A stretch of DNA of 64,000 nt from a bacterium (GCA_965202625.1 CBDBBI010000010.1:2048001-2112000); one strand, 5' to 3'. Counted from the stretch's first letter, positions 49,264-59,969 are shown. Notes: generated by a model not told the origin, from the sequence alone. Translations and numbers: made by a program.

Positions 49264-50160
49264 CTAGCCGAAAACCATCGCCAGCAGGATTGCCGGCAGA
49301 TAAATGAGAGAGCAGTAGAACAGGCGTCTCGCCGAGGCGGCGCTTTTTCTTCTCGCCATGTGGATTCCGTAGCCCAGATAGGCGGCGCCCAGAATCGTGG
49401 AGGCCGCGAAGTAGGCGAAGCCCGCCATGCCGATGAGCGCCGGAGTCATGCCTACGGGAATGAGCGCCATGCAATAGGAGACGACCTGCCTGCCCGTGCT
49501 CGCCCCGTCGGGGTCCTCAAGGGGCAGGAGCTTGATGTCCGCCTTGGCGAAATCCTCGCGATACATCACGGCGATTGCCAGCGCATGGGGGATTTGCCAG
49601 AGAAACATGATAGAGAACACCACGAACGACTCGAGCGAAAGCGCACCCGTCTCCGCCGCCCAGCCGATGAGGGGGGGCATGGCGCCTGGAACCGCGCCCA
49701 CCACGCTGTTCAGCGATGTCATGCGCTTGAGTGGCGTGTATATGAACAAATAGAGTGCGCCCGTGGCCGCGATGAGTAGAGCGGTGAAGGGGTTCACGAA
49801 AATAGCGAGATACGCCACGCCTAGGAAAGTGAGGGCGGAGCCGAAAAGGAGCGCGTCGAATTTCGAGAGGCGTCCATCGGGCAGCGGGCGTTTTCGCGTG
49901 CGCGTCATCCGCGCGTCGATGTCCTCCTCCGCCGTCTGGTTGAGCGCCAGTGCGCCGCCAGTGGCGAGCGCGGTGCCGACGAGTGTATGGACGAGCAGGA
50001 CAATTTGCAGCCCTGCGTCCGAGGCGAGACAGAAGCCGGCGGCGGTGACGGCCAGCGCCATCGGCAAAATGCGCGGTTTTGTGAGCGCGAGATAGTCCGC
50101 TGCCCTTCTCCGCGTATTCGCGCTCTCAACGCCCATCGCCTCGGCGCGGAAGTGCGTCAT
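49264..50160 (-). CDS. ctaB: Protoheme IX farnesyltransferase (heme o synthase)
   Basis: LTKPRI, N...E.DID..M.RT..RPLP.G, Y...YT.LKR, GA.PGA.PPL.GW, WQ.PH, YREDF. Confidence 0.95.
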   Translation of the reverse strand: MTHFRAEAMGVESANTRRRAADYLALTKPRILPMALAVTAAGFCLASDAGLQIVLLVHTLVGTALATGGALALNQTAEEDIDARMTRTRKRPLPDGRLSKFDALLFGSALTFLGVAYLAIFVNPFTALLIAATGALYLFIYTPLKRMTSLNSVVGAVPGAMPPLIGWAAETGALSLESFVVFSIMFLWQIPHALAIAVMYREDFAKADIKLLPLEDPDGASTGRQVVSYCMALIPVGMTPALIGMAGFAYFAASTILGAAYLGYGIHMARRKSAASARRLFYCSLIYLPAILLAMVFG

Positions 50161-51101
50161 GCGCGCGCGCCTCCGGGCGCGATGGTGTTCTCCGGAGGCG
50201 TGAAGGCGGCGAAGGCGCCCTTGTGGAGGCGAAGGGCAAGGGTGAGAGACGTGGCGAAGAGGGCCGCCCCCCCCACGACATGCGCGGACGTGAGCGCGAC
50301 GATCAGCCCGGGGGGAAAGGCGTCGCCCATGGCGGCGTATTTTCCGAACCACGAGGCACCGCCCAGCGTGAGCTGAACGAGCAGTAAAGCCCAAAGGCGG
50401 CCGGCTTCTCTTTCGAGCGCCTTCGCCTCGGGCCGCCTTAGTATCCGGCAGGCGAGGATGATGACGCCCGCGCTGCTCAGGGCGGCGAAAAGCAGATGGG
50501 CGTCGAGACGGTTTCCGGTGTGACGCAACAGAGCGCCAAAGACGATCTGAAGGTAAATGAGAGCGACCGTGGCCCAGCCTAATTTGGCCAAACCCTTGTG
50601 TCGCACCTCTCCTGCGCCATTCCGCCAGCCGCTGGACGTGAACAGCGCCAAGCTCACCATGAGGCCAAAGAACATCTGGGCGACGCAGGCGTGGATGATG
50701 GCCAGGTTGAGCTGGATGAGCACCACCCGCATTCCGCCGAGGACTCCTTGCAGGATCACCAGGCCCACGGCGAACGCGCCCAGCCAGCGCATCCATTTGC
50801 GCTCGTCCGTCATCCAGATGGAGACGGACGTCAGGATGGTAAGAAGCCCGACCAGCGAGCCGAGCAGACGGTGCGCGTGCTCAATGAATATACCGCCCAC
50901 CATCCTCGACCACGGAAAGAAGAACATGTTGTAGCCGAACGTGGTGGGCCAGTCGGGAACCGCCAGGCCGGAATTCGTGCTTGTCACCAGACCACCGGCG
51001 AGAATGAGAACGACAGTGAAGACGCAGGTGGTTAGGGCGAAGCGGCGCGGCCAGACCTCCCTTTTCGAGGCGGGGAGGCTGGCATGGCTATTCGATGCCA
51101 T
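50157..51101 (-). CDS. ctaA: Heme A synthase (COX15/CtaA family)
   Basis: GGLVTST.SGLAVPDWP, EH.HR, QG.LGG.RV, conserved His residues. Confidence 0.92.
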   Translation of the reverse strand: MASNSHASLPASKREVWPRRFALTTCVFTVVLILAGGLVTSTNSGLAVPDWPTTFGYNMFFFPWSRMVGGIFIEHAHRLLGSLVGLLTILTSVSIWMTDERKWMRWLGAFAVGLVILQGVLGGMRVVLIQLNLAIIHACVAQMFFGLMVSLALFTSSGWRNGAGEVRHKGLAKLGWATVALIYLQIVFGALLRHTGNRLDAHLLFAALSSAGVIILACRILRRPEAKALEREAGRLWALLLVQLTLGGASWFGKYAAMGDAFPPGLIVALTSAHVVGGAALFATSLTLALRLHKGAFAAFTPPENTIAPGGARA

Positions 51102-51131
51102 GGCGTTCTCCCGTGGCATGGCGCGTTGGAG

Positions 51132-53087
51132 TTAGTGACCGGCGGCTCTGGCGAGTTCAGGGTCCATGGGATCGGTCTGCGGTGCCCAGTCCGTGCTCTC
51201 GCCGGGGACGCTGTATTCATAGGGTCCACGCCGGACGACAGGCAGCGTAGGGCCGAAGTTCCCATGAGGCGTCGGCGTGGGCGCCACCCATTCGAGCGTG
51301 CTGGCGTTCCAGGGATTTTGGGGTGCCTCCGCGCCCAGCTCGCCCATGTTCTTCTCCAGGTAGCGGTAAATCCAGGCCGCTAGGGCGATGAATACGACGG
51401 CGCCCAGCACCCGCCCGCTCATGGAGACCTCCGGTTCGGTGAAGCCCTCTATGAATACCACCACACCTCGGTAGCCGACGAAGCCGACGATGAGGGCGGA
51501 CGCCGCTTGGGCGAGGACGCGGAACCACCTCGCGTTCCAGCGGAAGATGGTGGCCAGAAAATTGAAGGCGAAGGGGATCTGCGCAAGTCCCAGCGCCAGC
51601 GCCGAGAGGGTGATCATCACGTTGAGCGGCTGCATCTCTTGCAGGAACTCATACTGCAAGGGGTTGTAGATGCGCCGCATGTGACCGCCGACGCCCAGAA
51701 TGTGCATCGGAAAGAACGTCAGGTTGAAGAAGATGAACGTGAGCCAGAAATGCACCTTGCCCAACCCCTCGTCCATGGATTTTCCGAACATTTTGGGAAA
51801 CCAGTGCTGGACGGCGCCGAAGATGGCGAAGACGCTGCCGCCGAATATGACGTAGTGGAAGTGCGCCACGATGAAGTAGGTGTCGTGAATGTAGATGTCC
51901 ACTACGTTCGAGGCCATGAAGATGCCGCTCAACCCGCCGATCACAAAGAGGATGACGAAGGCCAGAGCGTTGAGCATGGGCACGGTGAAGCGAATTGAGC
52001 CGCCCCACAGGGTTCCCAGCCAGTTGAAGGTCTTGATGGCGGATGGTATCGCGATGACGAGCGTCGTCATCATGAAGGCGGAACCCAGGGCGGGGTTCAT
52101 GCCGGACTGGAACATATGGTGTCCCCAGACGATCCAGGACAAAAAGGCGATGGAAAGCATGGAGTACACCATCGCGCGGTAGCCGAAAATCGGTTTTCTG
52201 GAGAAAACGCTCAGCAGCTCCGAGGCGATCCCCATGCCCGGAAGAATGAGGATGTACACCTCCGGATGGCCGAAATACCAGAACAGGTGTTGCCACAAGA
52301 GGGGTTCTCCACCCTTCATGGGGTTGAAGAAATTCGTCTCGAACACGCGGTCGAAAATCATCATAGCCCCCGCCGAGCCGAGAACGGGTAGGGCGAGAAG
52401 ACCGAGAATCGCGGTGATGAATAGGGACCAGACGACGAGCGGCACCCGAAACCAGGACATGCCCTCGGTGCGCATGTTGATGAGCGTGGTGATGTAGTTG
52501 ATCGACCCCATTAGGGAGGAGAAGGTCAAGACGAACAGACTCAGCGCCCACAGGGTCTGTCCCATGAATACGCCGGAGTACTCCGGCACGGTGGACAAGG
52601 GCGCGTAGCCCGTCCAGCCGGAAGCGGCGTGTCCTCCCTCGACCATGAATCCCGCAGTCATGATGACGGCGCCCAGAACGGCGACCCAGAACGAGAGCAT
52701 GTTCAGCACTGGAAACGCCATGTCCCGCGCCCCGATCATCAGGGGGATGAGAAAGTTTCCGAAACAGCCCACCAGAATCGGCATCACCACGAGAAAAACC
52801 ATGATCGTCGCGTGCATGGTGACCGCCATGTTGTAGAAATTCGGCGTGATGATACCCTCGGGCATTCCGTCGCTCTCGTCCGATATCCAGCCGAAGCCCC
52901 AGACGGGGGTCTCCGGCCAGGCGAGCTGCCAGCGGAACATCAGGGCGAGGATTCCGCCGAGGATCATCATGACGAGGCCGAGCCACAGAAACTGCCTGGC
53001 GATCATCTTGTGGTCCAGCGAGAAGACATATGTGCTCCAGAACCCGCCCTGGTGGTGGACGTGCGCGTCTGTCGTGGTTTCATTCAT
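51132..53087 (-). CDS. ctaD: Cytochrome c oxidase subunit I, A1 type
   Basis: DHK.I, TMHAT.M.F, GARDMAFP, GWT.Y.PL, FW.FGHPEVYI, VWGHHMF, HDTYF.VAHFHY, MRRI. Confidence 0.97.
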   Translation of the reverse strand: MNETTTDAHVHHQGGFWSTYVFSLDHKMIARQFLWLGLVMMILGGILALMFRWQLAWPETPVWGFGWISDESDGMPEGIITPNFYNMAVTMHATIMVFLVVMPILVGCFGNFLIPLMIGARDMAFPVLNMLSFWVAVLGAVIMTAGFMVEGGHAASGWTGYAPLSTVPEYSGVFMGQTLWALSLFVLTFSSLMGSINYITTLINMRTEGMSWFRVPLVVWSLFITAILGLLALPVLGSAGAMMIFDRVFETNFFNPMKGGEPLLWQHLFWYFGHPEVYILILPGMGIASELLSVFSRKPIFGYRAMVYSMLSIAFLSWIVWGHHMFQSGMNPALGSAFMMTTLVIAIPSAIKTFNWLGTLWGGSIRFTVPMLNALAFVILFVIGGLSGIFMASNVVDIYIHDTYFIVAHFHYVIFGGSVFAIFGAVQHWFPKMFGKSMDEGLGKVHFWLTFIFFNLTFFPMHILGVGGHMRRIYNPLQYEFLQEMQPLNVMITLSALALGLAQIPFAFNFLATIFRWNARWFRVLAQAASALIVGFVGYRGVVVFIEGFTEPEVSMSGRVLGAVVFIALAAWIYRYLEKNMGELGAEAPQNPWNASTLEWVAPTPTPHGNFGPTLPVVRRGPYEYSVPGESTDWAPQTDPMDPELARAAGH

Positions 53088-53189
53088 GGTTTCCCGCATC
53101 CCTCGTGTTTTCTCGGAAGAGGAGACGATTTCTCCGAGTTGTTTCCAGATAGAAGCGAGGACGCCCGCGCCCTCGCCGAAGTCCAGCGT

Positions 53190-53858
53190 CTATTGATCTT
53201 TTTTCGCCCACGCCTCCTTGCGCCATTTCGCATAGTCCGCCGCCGAGTGAACGACGAGCTCTCCATTCATGCCGGAGTGCCCAAAGCCGCAAAGCTCGGC
53301 GCATGGCATCTCGTAGGAGCCGACCTTGGTCGGCGTGAACCACAGCGGAATCGTCCGACCCGGAACCACGTCCTGCTTCATGCGGGTGTGGGGAATGAAG
53401 AAGCTGTGGATGACGTCCGTCCCCTTGAGTGTGATGAGCACCTGTTTGTTGACGGGAACGTTCAGCTGGTTGTCCAGCACGAGGTCGTCCTTCGTGCCGA
53501 ACTCGCCGTCGCCTCCCGGGTAGCGGACGATCCAGTTGAACTGCTTGCCCGTCACCTCCACGCGCACGTGCGGATTCTGGGGGATCGCCAGCTTGAGCTT
53601 CGCCCAGGAGGTTTGCGTCATCAGAATGAAGACGAGAAGTATGAAGGCTGGAATCACCGTCCAAAGGATTTCCAGCATATTGTTGCCGTGCGTATATTTT
53701 GCCTTCACGCCTGGCTTGGCGCGGTATTTGATGAGAAAATACACCATGGCGACGGCCACCAGAATGAAGGCGATAGCCGTCAGGTAGTAGGAAACGTAGA
53801 AAAGAAAGTCGATTTCCTCTCCTTCAAGAGAGATGTTCTCTGGGAGCCAGCTCATCAT
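53190..53858 (-). CDS. ctaC: Cytochrome c oxidase subunit II
   Basis: HGN..LEI.WT..P, QF.W..RY, CuA ligands DVIHSF ... CAELCGFGHSGM. Confidence 0.96.
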   Translation of the reverse strand: MMSWLPENISLEGEEIDFLFYVSYYLTAIAFILVAVAMVYFLIKYRAKPGVKAKYTHGNNMLEILWTVIPAFILLVFILMTQTSWAKLKLAIPQNPHVRVEVTGKQFNWIVRYPGGDGEFGTKDDLVLDNQLNVPVNKQVLITLKGTDVIHSFFIPHTRMKQDVVPGRTIPLWFTPTKVGSYEMPCAELCGFGHSGMNGELVVHSAADYAKWRKEAWAKKDQ

Positions 53859-54087
53859 GATGAAGCGTATCCTCCGGGCTTGCGCCGTCTGAAGAGCGGC
53901 TCGGGACGCCGCATCCCGGAAAGCCGCAAAAAATATAGGGTTGCCACAAAAGCGAAGTCTAAAGGATAAGCGGATGCGTTTTCAAGCGACGGGCGCGAAA
54001 ATTTTTATATCCATGCGCGCGGGCGGCTTCGGGTTTTTTCTGCTTGTTTGCAAGCTGCGCGCTTAAGGGGATATAAAGAGACGAGGG

Positions 54088-54164
<77 letters not shown>

Positions 54165-54884
54165 CCGCATATACTCCGCCAATCGGCTTTTGTCTCGTCT
54201 CGTGCGATGAGGAAGCCTAGGCGGAAGGGAATCGCCCAGCGCAGAAGCGTTTGCCTGCTTGAGCCTCTCGTATGGTGAAGGTTAAGGACAATCAAGTGGG
54301 CGCCTTGGCGCACGCATCAGTAAGACCTTGTGCGGCAATCTCCCACTTTCGTCCTGCCAGATGCAAAAACCTATGGATACCCTTCGATCTTCCTTCAAAA
54401 TTTCCTCTCCCCTTCCAACGGGACGTCCCTGCGCCCCCTCATATAATCTTCGTCGTTCCGGCGTCCTTTTTGTCGGGTCTCGCTCCTTCGCTGGAAACGC
54501 TGGAAAATATGATGATACCCGACGAATTTGCTCTGAAGGCAGCAGACGGGTCGAGTTGGAGATTTCCACGAACCATAAGTGAAAGGGAAGGTTCTGTAAA
54601 TCGGGCGGTGGATCTACATCTACTTGTATTTTAGCTTATTATGTATTACATTAGGATTATAATACTATTATATTATATTTGTATATTTGCCAACACATTG
54701 GTGTGTGCGAATGAAGTTTTCGCCTTGGTGAAATTTCCACGTTTCCGTCACTAAAGGGATAAAGGGAGCGGTGTTGATCGGATAGTGCTCAACGTATGTG
54801 GTCGCAGGATGGGGTTTTGGATATCCCAGCGTCCAGTGTGTGCGGCATGATCAGGTTGGATCCCATCAATGAGGAGGCGCTTGT

Positions 54885-56858
54885 ATGAATGCGAAAATCT
54901 TCTGGCTTTTTACCTTCGTTGTGCTCTATTGGGCCTACTGCATTTTCTGGGGCATCAAGTGCGCGCGAATGGCGAGGACGGCTGGGGACTACTTCATCGC
55001 GGGTCGCCAGCTTTCAATGTGGGTGTTCGTCCTGGCGGCGACGGCGACGTCGTTTTCGGGATGGACGTTCATGGGACACCCGGGACTCGTCTATCGAGAC
55101 GGCTTCCAGTACGCCTATGCCTCTTTCTACACCATCACCATTCCCTTCACCGGAGTGATATTTCTGAAGCGCCAATGGATGTTGGGCAAGCGTTTCGGAT
55201 ACGTCACGCCCGGTGAGATGTTCGCCGACTACTTCCAGGGCGACGCCATACGCATCCTCACGGTCATCGTCGCCCTGCTGTTCTCGATTCCCTACCTCGG
55301 CGTGCAGCTGGGAGCCTCGGGCTTTTTGTTCAACGTGCTGACGGACGGACTGTTCAGCATCAACGTGGGCATGTGGCTGCTCTCGCTCGTCGTGCTGATA
55401 TACGTGGCGGCCGGAGGTCTGCGCGCCGTGGCCTACGTGGATACGCTCCAGTGCATTCTCCTCGCGCTGGGCATCGTGATTACGGGCTTCATCGCGCTGA
55501 ACATCGCCGGCGGATGGGGTGCGCTCAACGAGGGCCTCGCCAAGTTGGCGGCCTCTCCGGTGGGCAAGTGGGGAACGACGAAAGGGTATGGCGGTGGCGA
55601 TTACAACGCCTATTTCGCCATCCCCGGCGTCATCCAGTTCACGGCCGGCCTGGGCAAACAAACGCCGGTGGGCGGTCTTTGGACGGGCGTCATGTGCCTG
55701 ACCTACATGTTCGCGCTGATGGGGATTCAGTCCTCTCCGGCTTTCTCCATGTGGGCGTTCTCGAACAACAACCCGCGCCCCTTCGCCCCCCAGCAGGTTT
55801 GGGCGTCCTCTGTGGGCATCGGGTTCATCCTGTTCTTCTTCACCGCGTTTCAGGGAATGGGCGCGCACCTTCTCGGCGCGAATCCGGCGGTGACCCAGGC
55901 GGGGCTCGCGCTCTCGGACGTGCTTGCCGCGTCCATCGCGCAGAAGCCGGATTCCCTGGTGCCTCACTATTTCAACTGGATCGCGCCCGCGGCCCCCTGG
56001 CTGGTTGGTCTTCTGGCGGTGTGCGCGCTGGCCGCCATGCAGTCAACTGGCGCGGCATACATGTCCACGGCGGGCGGAATGCTCACCCGCGACCTCTACA
56101 AGAGGTATTTCAACCCTGGTGCCTCGCATGACACCCAGAAGGTTGCGGGCCGGGTCGGCGTTCTGATCATCGTGTTCTCCGCGCTCCTCGTGGCGACGTT
56201 CTCGCGGGACGCGCTCGTGTTGCTTGGAGGGCTCGCCGTCGCTTTTGGCTTTCAGATGTGGCCGGCTCTGGTGGCGGTGTGCTGGTATCCGAAAATCACA
56301 AGAGAGGGCGCCACGTGGGGGCTGGCGGCGGGTCTGCTGGCCGTCATATTCACCGAGAACTTTGGCCTCACCATTCTCAAGGGAATCGGCATCGACCTGT
56401 GGGGACGCTGGCCGTGGACGATGCACTCCGCCGGCTGGGGCATTCTCTTCAACGTGGCGGTGTGCTGGATCGTCTCTGTGAACACGCAGGACAGCGCGGC
56501 GGCGGCCCACCGCCAGAAGTATCATGAATTCCTGGCGGAGCACGCCTCGCTCTCGCCGGAGAAGCAGAGCCTCGTTCCCATGGCGTGGGGCGTCACGCTG
56601 GCGTGGATGTTCTTCGGCATCGGCCCGGGCGCCGTCATCGGCAACTGGATCTTTGGTGCTCCTGATCAGGGGCGGGCGGGCTGGACGTTCGGAATGCCCT
56701 CGATCTGGGCCTGGCAGATTCTCTTCTGGGCGCTCGGCGTGGGCATGATGTGGCTGCTTGCCTACAAGATGGAGATGTCCACGGTGCCGGAGACGGAAAT
56801 CGAGGCGCTCGTGGAGGATATTGGCGATGTGGTTCCGCAGCAGGCGGGATCGTCCTAG
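54885..56858 (+). CDS. Sodium:solute symporter family protein
   Basis: DYFIAGR, ATSFSGWTF.GHPG, G..T..E....Y, Y...GG.RAVAY.D.LQ, AAMQST; about 14-15 TM helices. Confidence 0.92.
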   Translation: MNAKIFWLFTFVVLYWAYCIFWGIKCARMARTAGDYFIAGRQLSMWVFVLAATATSFSGWTFMGHPGLVYRDGFQYAYASFYTITIPFTGVIFLKRQWMLGKRFGYVTPGEMFADYFQGDAIRILTVIVALLFSIPYLGVQLGASGFLFNVLTDGLFSINVGMWLLSLVVLIYVAAGGLRAVAYVDTLQCILLALGIVITGFIALNIAGGWGALNEGLAKLAASPVGKWGTTKGYGGGDYNAYFAIPGVIQFTAGLGKQTPVGGLWTGVMCLTYMFALMGIQSSPAFSMWAFSNNNPRPFAPQQVWASSVGIGFILFFFTAFQGMGAHLLGANPAVTQAGLALSDVLAASIAQKPDSLVPHYFNWIAPAAPWLVGLLAVCALAAMQSTGAAYMSTAGGMLTRDLYKRYFNPGASHDTQKVAGRVGVLIIVFSALLVATFSRDALVLLGGLAVAFGFQMWPALVAVCWYPKITREGATWGLAAGLLAVIFTENFGLTILKGIGIDLWGRWPWTMHSAGWGILFNVAVCWIVSVNTQDSAAAAHRQKYHEFLAEHASLSPEKQSLVPMAWGVTLAWMFFGIGPGAVIGNWIFGAPDQGRAGWTFGMPSIWAWQILFWALGVGMMWLLAYKMEMSTVPETEIEALVEDIGDVVPQQAGSS

Positions 56859-56887
56859 ACGAGACTGCCATGACGTTAGGCATCCCC

Positions 56888-56934
56888 ATGCGGGGGAGGG
56901 ACCGCGCGCGAGTCCCTCCCCCGCATCCGTTTTT
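56888..56934 (+). terminator. Strong GC hairpin after the SSS gene
   Basis: Perfect 15-bp stem ATGCGGGGGAGGGAC / GTCCCTCCCCCGCAT followed by CCGTTTTT. Confidence 0.7.
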
Positions 56935-56961
56935 CCGCCGCCTTGATGGCTGAATGATCCG

Positions 56962-57201
56962 ATGGCGCAATTCTTCACCGCTGAATACATGCTTCTCTGG
57001 GCACTCTCACTGGCCGCCGCGCTGTTCCTGCCCGTACGACGGCTCATCTGGGTGCTCTTCGTCAGGCGCGCGGAGAACGACGGCGAGCGGACCTCCGAGG
57101 AGGGGCGCCTCGCGCTCAAAAAGCGCGCAGGGGTGACAGCACTGCTGCTCTGTTTCGTGTTTTCCTATTTTTACGTGGCCCATCTCTTTCGGGTGCCGTG
57201 A
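56962..57201 (+). CDS. Small two-TM hypothetical protein
   Basis: 79 aa, two hydrophobic segments; stop overlaps the next start. Confidence 0.75.
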   Translation: MAQFFTAEYMLLWALSLAAALFLPVRRLIWVLFVRRAENDGERTSEEGRLALKKRAGVTALLLCFVFSYFYVAHLFRVP

Positions 57202-57812
57202 TGGACCCGCGCGTGTTGAGGCGCTTCGTCAAGAACATGACGATTCTCGTTGTCGTCGCGTTCTCCCTGTGGGCGCTTTGGAGAATATATTCCGACGAGC
57301 AGCCGGGGGATTACGCCACTCGCCAGGGCGACATTCGGCTGAGCGAGGGAAACTTCGAGGAGGCGATGGCGAGCTTCAACCGCGCGCTGCGAGAGCGGCC
57401 CAACCACCGAGGCGCGCTGATGGGCCGCGCGCTGGTGTTCATTCAGACGCAGCGATACGGCGAAGCGTCCGCCGAGCTCGCCTACCTGATCGACTATCTC
57501 CAGAAAAACGCGGACGCTGCCGACGCGACGGGCAACGCTCTCATGGCGGCGGCCTACGCCAACCGGGGAATCGTCCACGACCGACGGGGCCGCTACCGGA
57601 AGGCGCTCGCCGACTACGTCGAGGCGCTTCGCATCGACCAGGGAGCGGTGGATGGGCCGGGAATCATCGACAAGGTGATCTACGGAACGCCAAACCCCTC
57701 CTCGGTGCGCGATAGGGCGATATATCTCGAGAGGCAACTCGCCCTTCCACCGGAGAAACGCCTGCTGCGCGTGCCGGAAATTGACGCGGCCCAGCGGATG
57801 CACAAGCCCTGA
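57201..57812 (+). CDS. Membrane-anchored tetratricopeptide repeat protein
   Basis: N-terminal TM; TPR patterns G.F.EA...F..AL...P.H..A..G and AYANRG...D..G....AL.DY..AL.ID. Confidence 0.85.
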   Translation: MDPRVLRRFVKNMTILVVVAFSLWALWRIYSDEQPGDYATRQGDIRLSEGNFEEAMASFNRALRERPNHRGALMGRALVFIQTQRYGEASAELAYLIDYLQKNADAADATGNALMAAAYANRGIVHDRRGRYRKALADYVEALRIDQGAVDGPGIIDKVIYGTPNPSSVRDRAIYLERQLALPPEKRLLRVPEIDAAQRMHKP

Positions 57813-57839
57813 CCCGCGCGTGGCCCCAGGGTTTCGTCC

Positions 57840-58040
57840 CTAAAAACGGACGATGCCGAGCACGTCCTGGAACAACACCAAAAAGAAGAACACCGCGGCG
57901 ATGCAGCCAAAGAGCAGGTGAACGAAATCCGACTTTCCGTCCGGATTGCGCGTGCGGATGGATTTGATGGCGATGAAGCCCGTGGTGAGAAGGAAGATGA
58001 GGTTCACGGCCTGCTGGTTCTCGCCTGCGAATTCGAACAT
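57840..58040 (-). CDS. Small two-TM hypothetical protein
   Basis: 66 aa with two hydrophobic helices. Confidence 0.6.
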   Translation of the reverse strand: MFEFAGENQQAVNLIFLLTTGFIAIKSIRTRNPDGKSDFVHLLFGCIAAVFFFLVLFQDVLGIVRF

Positions 58041-58120
58041 GATCGCTCTCGCGCGTGACGCCCCATCCATTCTCCGTCGAGACGAAGCAGTCCCGCCTCG
58101 CCGAAATTTCTCAAATGCTT

Positions 58121-58672
58121 TCACGAAGCGTTTCCGGGTGTCAACCTGGGGCTTTTTAGCCTGTGCTCAGGCGGCCCGGTGCGAGGGGCGTTTCCTTGAT
58201 TTTGCGTTCCTTCACCATGCTTTTCATCTCTTTTTTGGGTGAAATAAGGCGGGAGCAAGGAGGCACTCTCTCCGGCGATCAGATGGCCAAGCCATAGCGC
58301 TCCGCCCATGAGCGAGACCAGTATGGCGGCGGCGATGACAAAGCGCGAAACGTCCCTGGAGAGTTTTTCGCCATAATCCCTGTCGTATTTGTGGTAGGCG
58401 GGGTCTTCCTCGTCCAGTTCGCCCTGTCTGTCCAGCCCCAGTATGTGATGGGCGAAATGCCGCGCCCAGTAGGGCGTCTGATCGTAAAGCATATAGCGCA
58501 TGAACAGGCGATTGATGAGTTCCTCGGACATCTCCCGCCCGTGCCACTCGCTATAGGCGAGCTGGAGAAACTGAAACTCTCCGACCTGGAGCAGGTTGGC
58601 CGCCTTGGCGACTTCCGCGCGTTGGGTGTGCTCCTCCCGATCAGGTCGGATGAGCGTTTGAAGCAAGGTCAT
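58121..58672 (-). CDS. Hypothetical protein with one C-terminal TM
   Basis: GGGAGG RBS; protein-like core AANLLQVGEFQFLQLAY..W.G...P.WARH. Confidence 0.7.
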   Translation of the reverse strand: MTLLQTLIRPDREEHTQRAEVAKAANLLQVGEFQFLQLAYSEWHGREMSEELINRLFMRYMLYDQTPYWARHFAHHILGLDRQGELDEEDPAYHKYDRDYGEKLSRDVSRFVIAAAILVSLMGGALWLGHLIAGESASLLPPYFTQKRDEKHGEGTQNQGNAPRTGPPEHRLKSPRLTPGNAS

Positions 58673-58974
58673 GGCGACCTCCCGAAAGAATGGCGCATTC
58701 GGGTCGAAGCCTGAGCGCGACACACCCTAAGACCTTTGCCCCGCCGCGTCAATTTTCACCTTTTGATTGAGGGGGAGGTCCCAGAAATAAGCCTGTCCGG
58801 AAGGGGCGTTCGGGCGAGCTCTCTCGTGAAACGGAGCACCTCGCTCCCGAAATTTTCACTTGGAAACCGCATTTTCGATTTCTCCATTTATGGTAAGGTG
58901 TATGGTTCAACGCACGCAATGATTTTTTGAAGGTGCATTTTCTTTCAGCGCCTTTCTTCCCGGGAGGTAATTTG

Positions 58975-59943
58975 ATGAAACGGACATATTTCAGCATTGT
59001 CGTCTTGGTTGCGGCCGCATTCGCTTTCGCCGCCAGCGCGTCCGCGCAATCGGTCACCATTTTGGGCGGCGGTCTCAAGGGCCAGCCCTATCAGTTTGCC
59101 GTGGGGTTGAGCAAGATTCTCAAGGCCAGGGCGGGGATGAGCGCCACGCCCCAATCGGCCAAGGGTATGGTGGCGCAGGCGCGCATCATCGCGAAAGGCC
59201 AGGCGCATTTCGCGTGGGGCCTGGGCGGTCCGGTGGGCGCATGGGCGTATAAAGGGACGAGGCGCTTTCAGAAAGAAGGGCCCAAGAAAAACCTGCGCGC
59301 CGTCCTGGCGTATCCCTTCGGCCAGTTCCAGTGGCTGACTCTGGCGGATTCGGGCGTCATGAGCGTGCGGGATTTCAAGGGCAAGAAGATATCGGTGGGT
59401 TCCGCCGCCAGCACCACGCAGACTTATGCGCGCTACTTCTTCCCTGCGCATGGCCTGAAAAAGGGCGACTACAAGGAGAGCACGCCCGGCTTTCGGGGCG
59501 GATTCGGCCAGTTGCGAGACGGCAACGTCCACGCCCACCTCACCATGGGCATGGCGCCGATGGGCCTCGTCCAGGAGTTGGCGGTGCTCAAGAAAATTCG
59601 CTTGGTGGACATGGACGCTGCGGCCGTGAAGCACGTGGTGGACACCTACGGTCCCGGCCTCACGGCGACCACTCTCGCGCCGGGCGTGTACGGCAAAAAC
59701 CAAGTGAACAAAAAGTCGGTGCGCACCATCTTCATCAATTTTGGATTCTCTACCGGCACCCACGTGAGCGCGGACACCGTTTACAAGGTGACCAAAACTT
59801 TGTTCAGCAATTTGAAGGAATTCCACGGCACGGCCAAAGCGGCGAAGAACGTCACGCTCGAGGGGGCCTGTAAGGGCCTTTCCCTTCCGCTGCACGATGG
59901 CGCCAGGCGCTTCTACAAGGAAGTGGGCGCCAAGGGTTGTTAG
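58975..59943 (+). CDS. TAXI family TRAP transporter solute-binding subunit
   Basis: Signal peptide, DFKGKKIS.G...S, VY.VTK.LF, PLH.GA.RFYKE.G. Confidence 0.9.
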   Translation: MKRTYFSIVVLVAAAFAFAASASAQSVTILGGGLKGQPYQFAVGLSKILKARAGMSATPQSAKGMVAQARIIAKGQAHFAWGLGGPVGAWAYKGTRRFQKEGPKKNLRAVLAYPFGQFQWLTLADSGVMSVRDFKGKKISVGSAASTTQTYARYFFPAHGLKKGDYKESTPGFRGGFGQLRDGNVHAHLTMGMAPMGLVQELAVLKKIRLVDMDAAAVKHVVDTYGPGLTATTLAPGVYGKNQVNKKSVRTIFINFGFSTGTHVSADTVYKVTKTLFSNLKEFHGTAKAAKNVTLEGACKGLSLPLHDGARRFYKEVGAKGC

Positions 59944-59969
59944 GGGCGTTCCCCGGGTTTTGAAAATCG

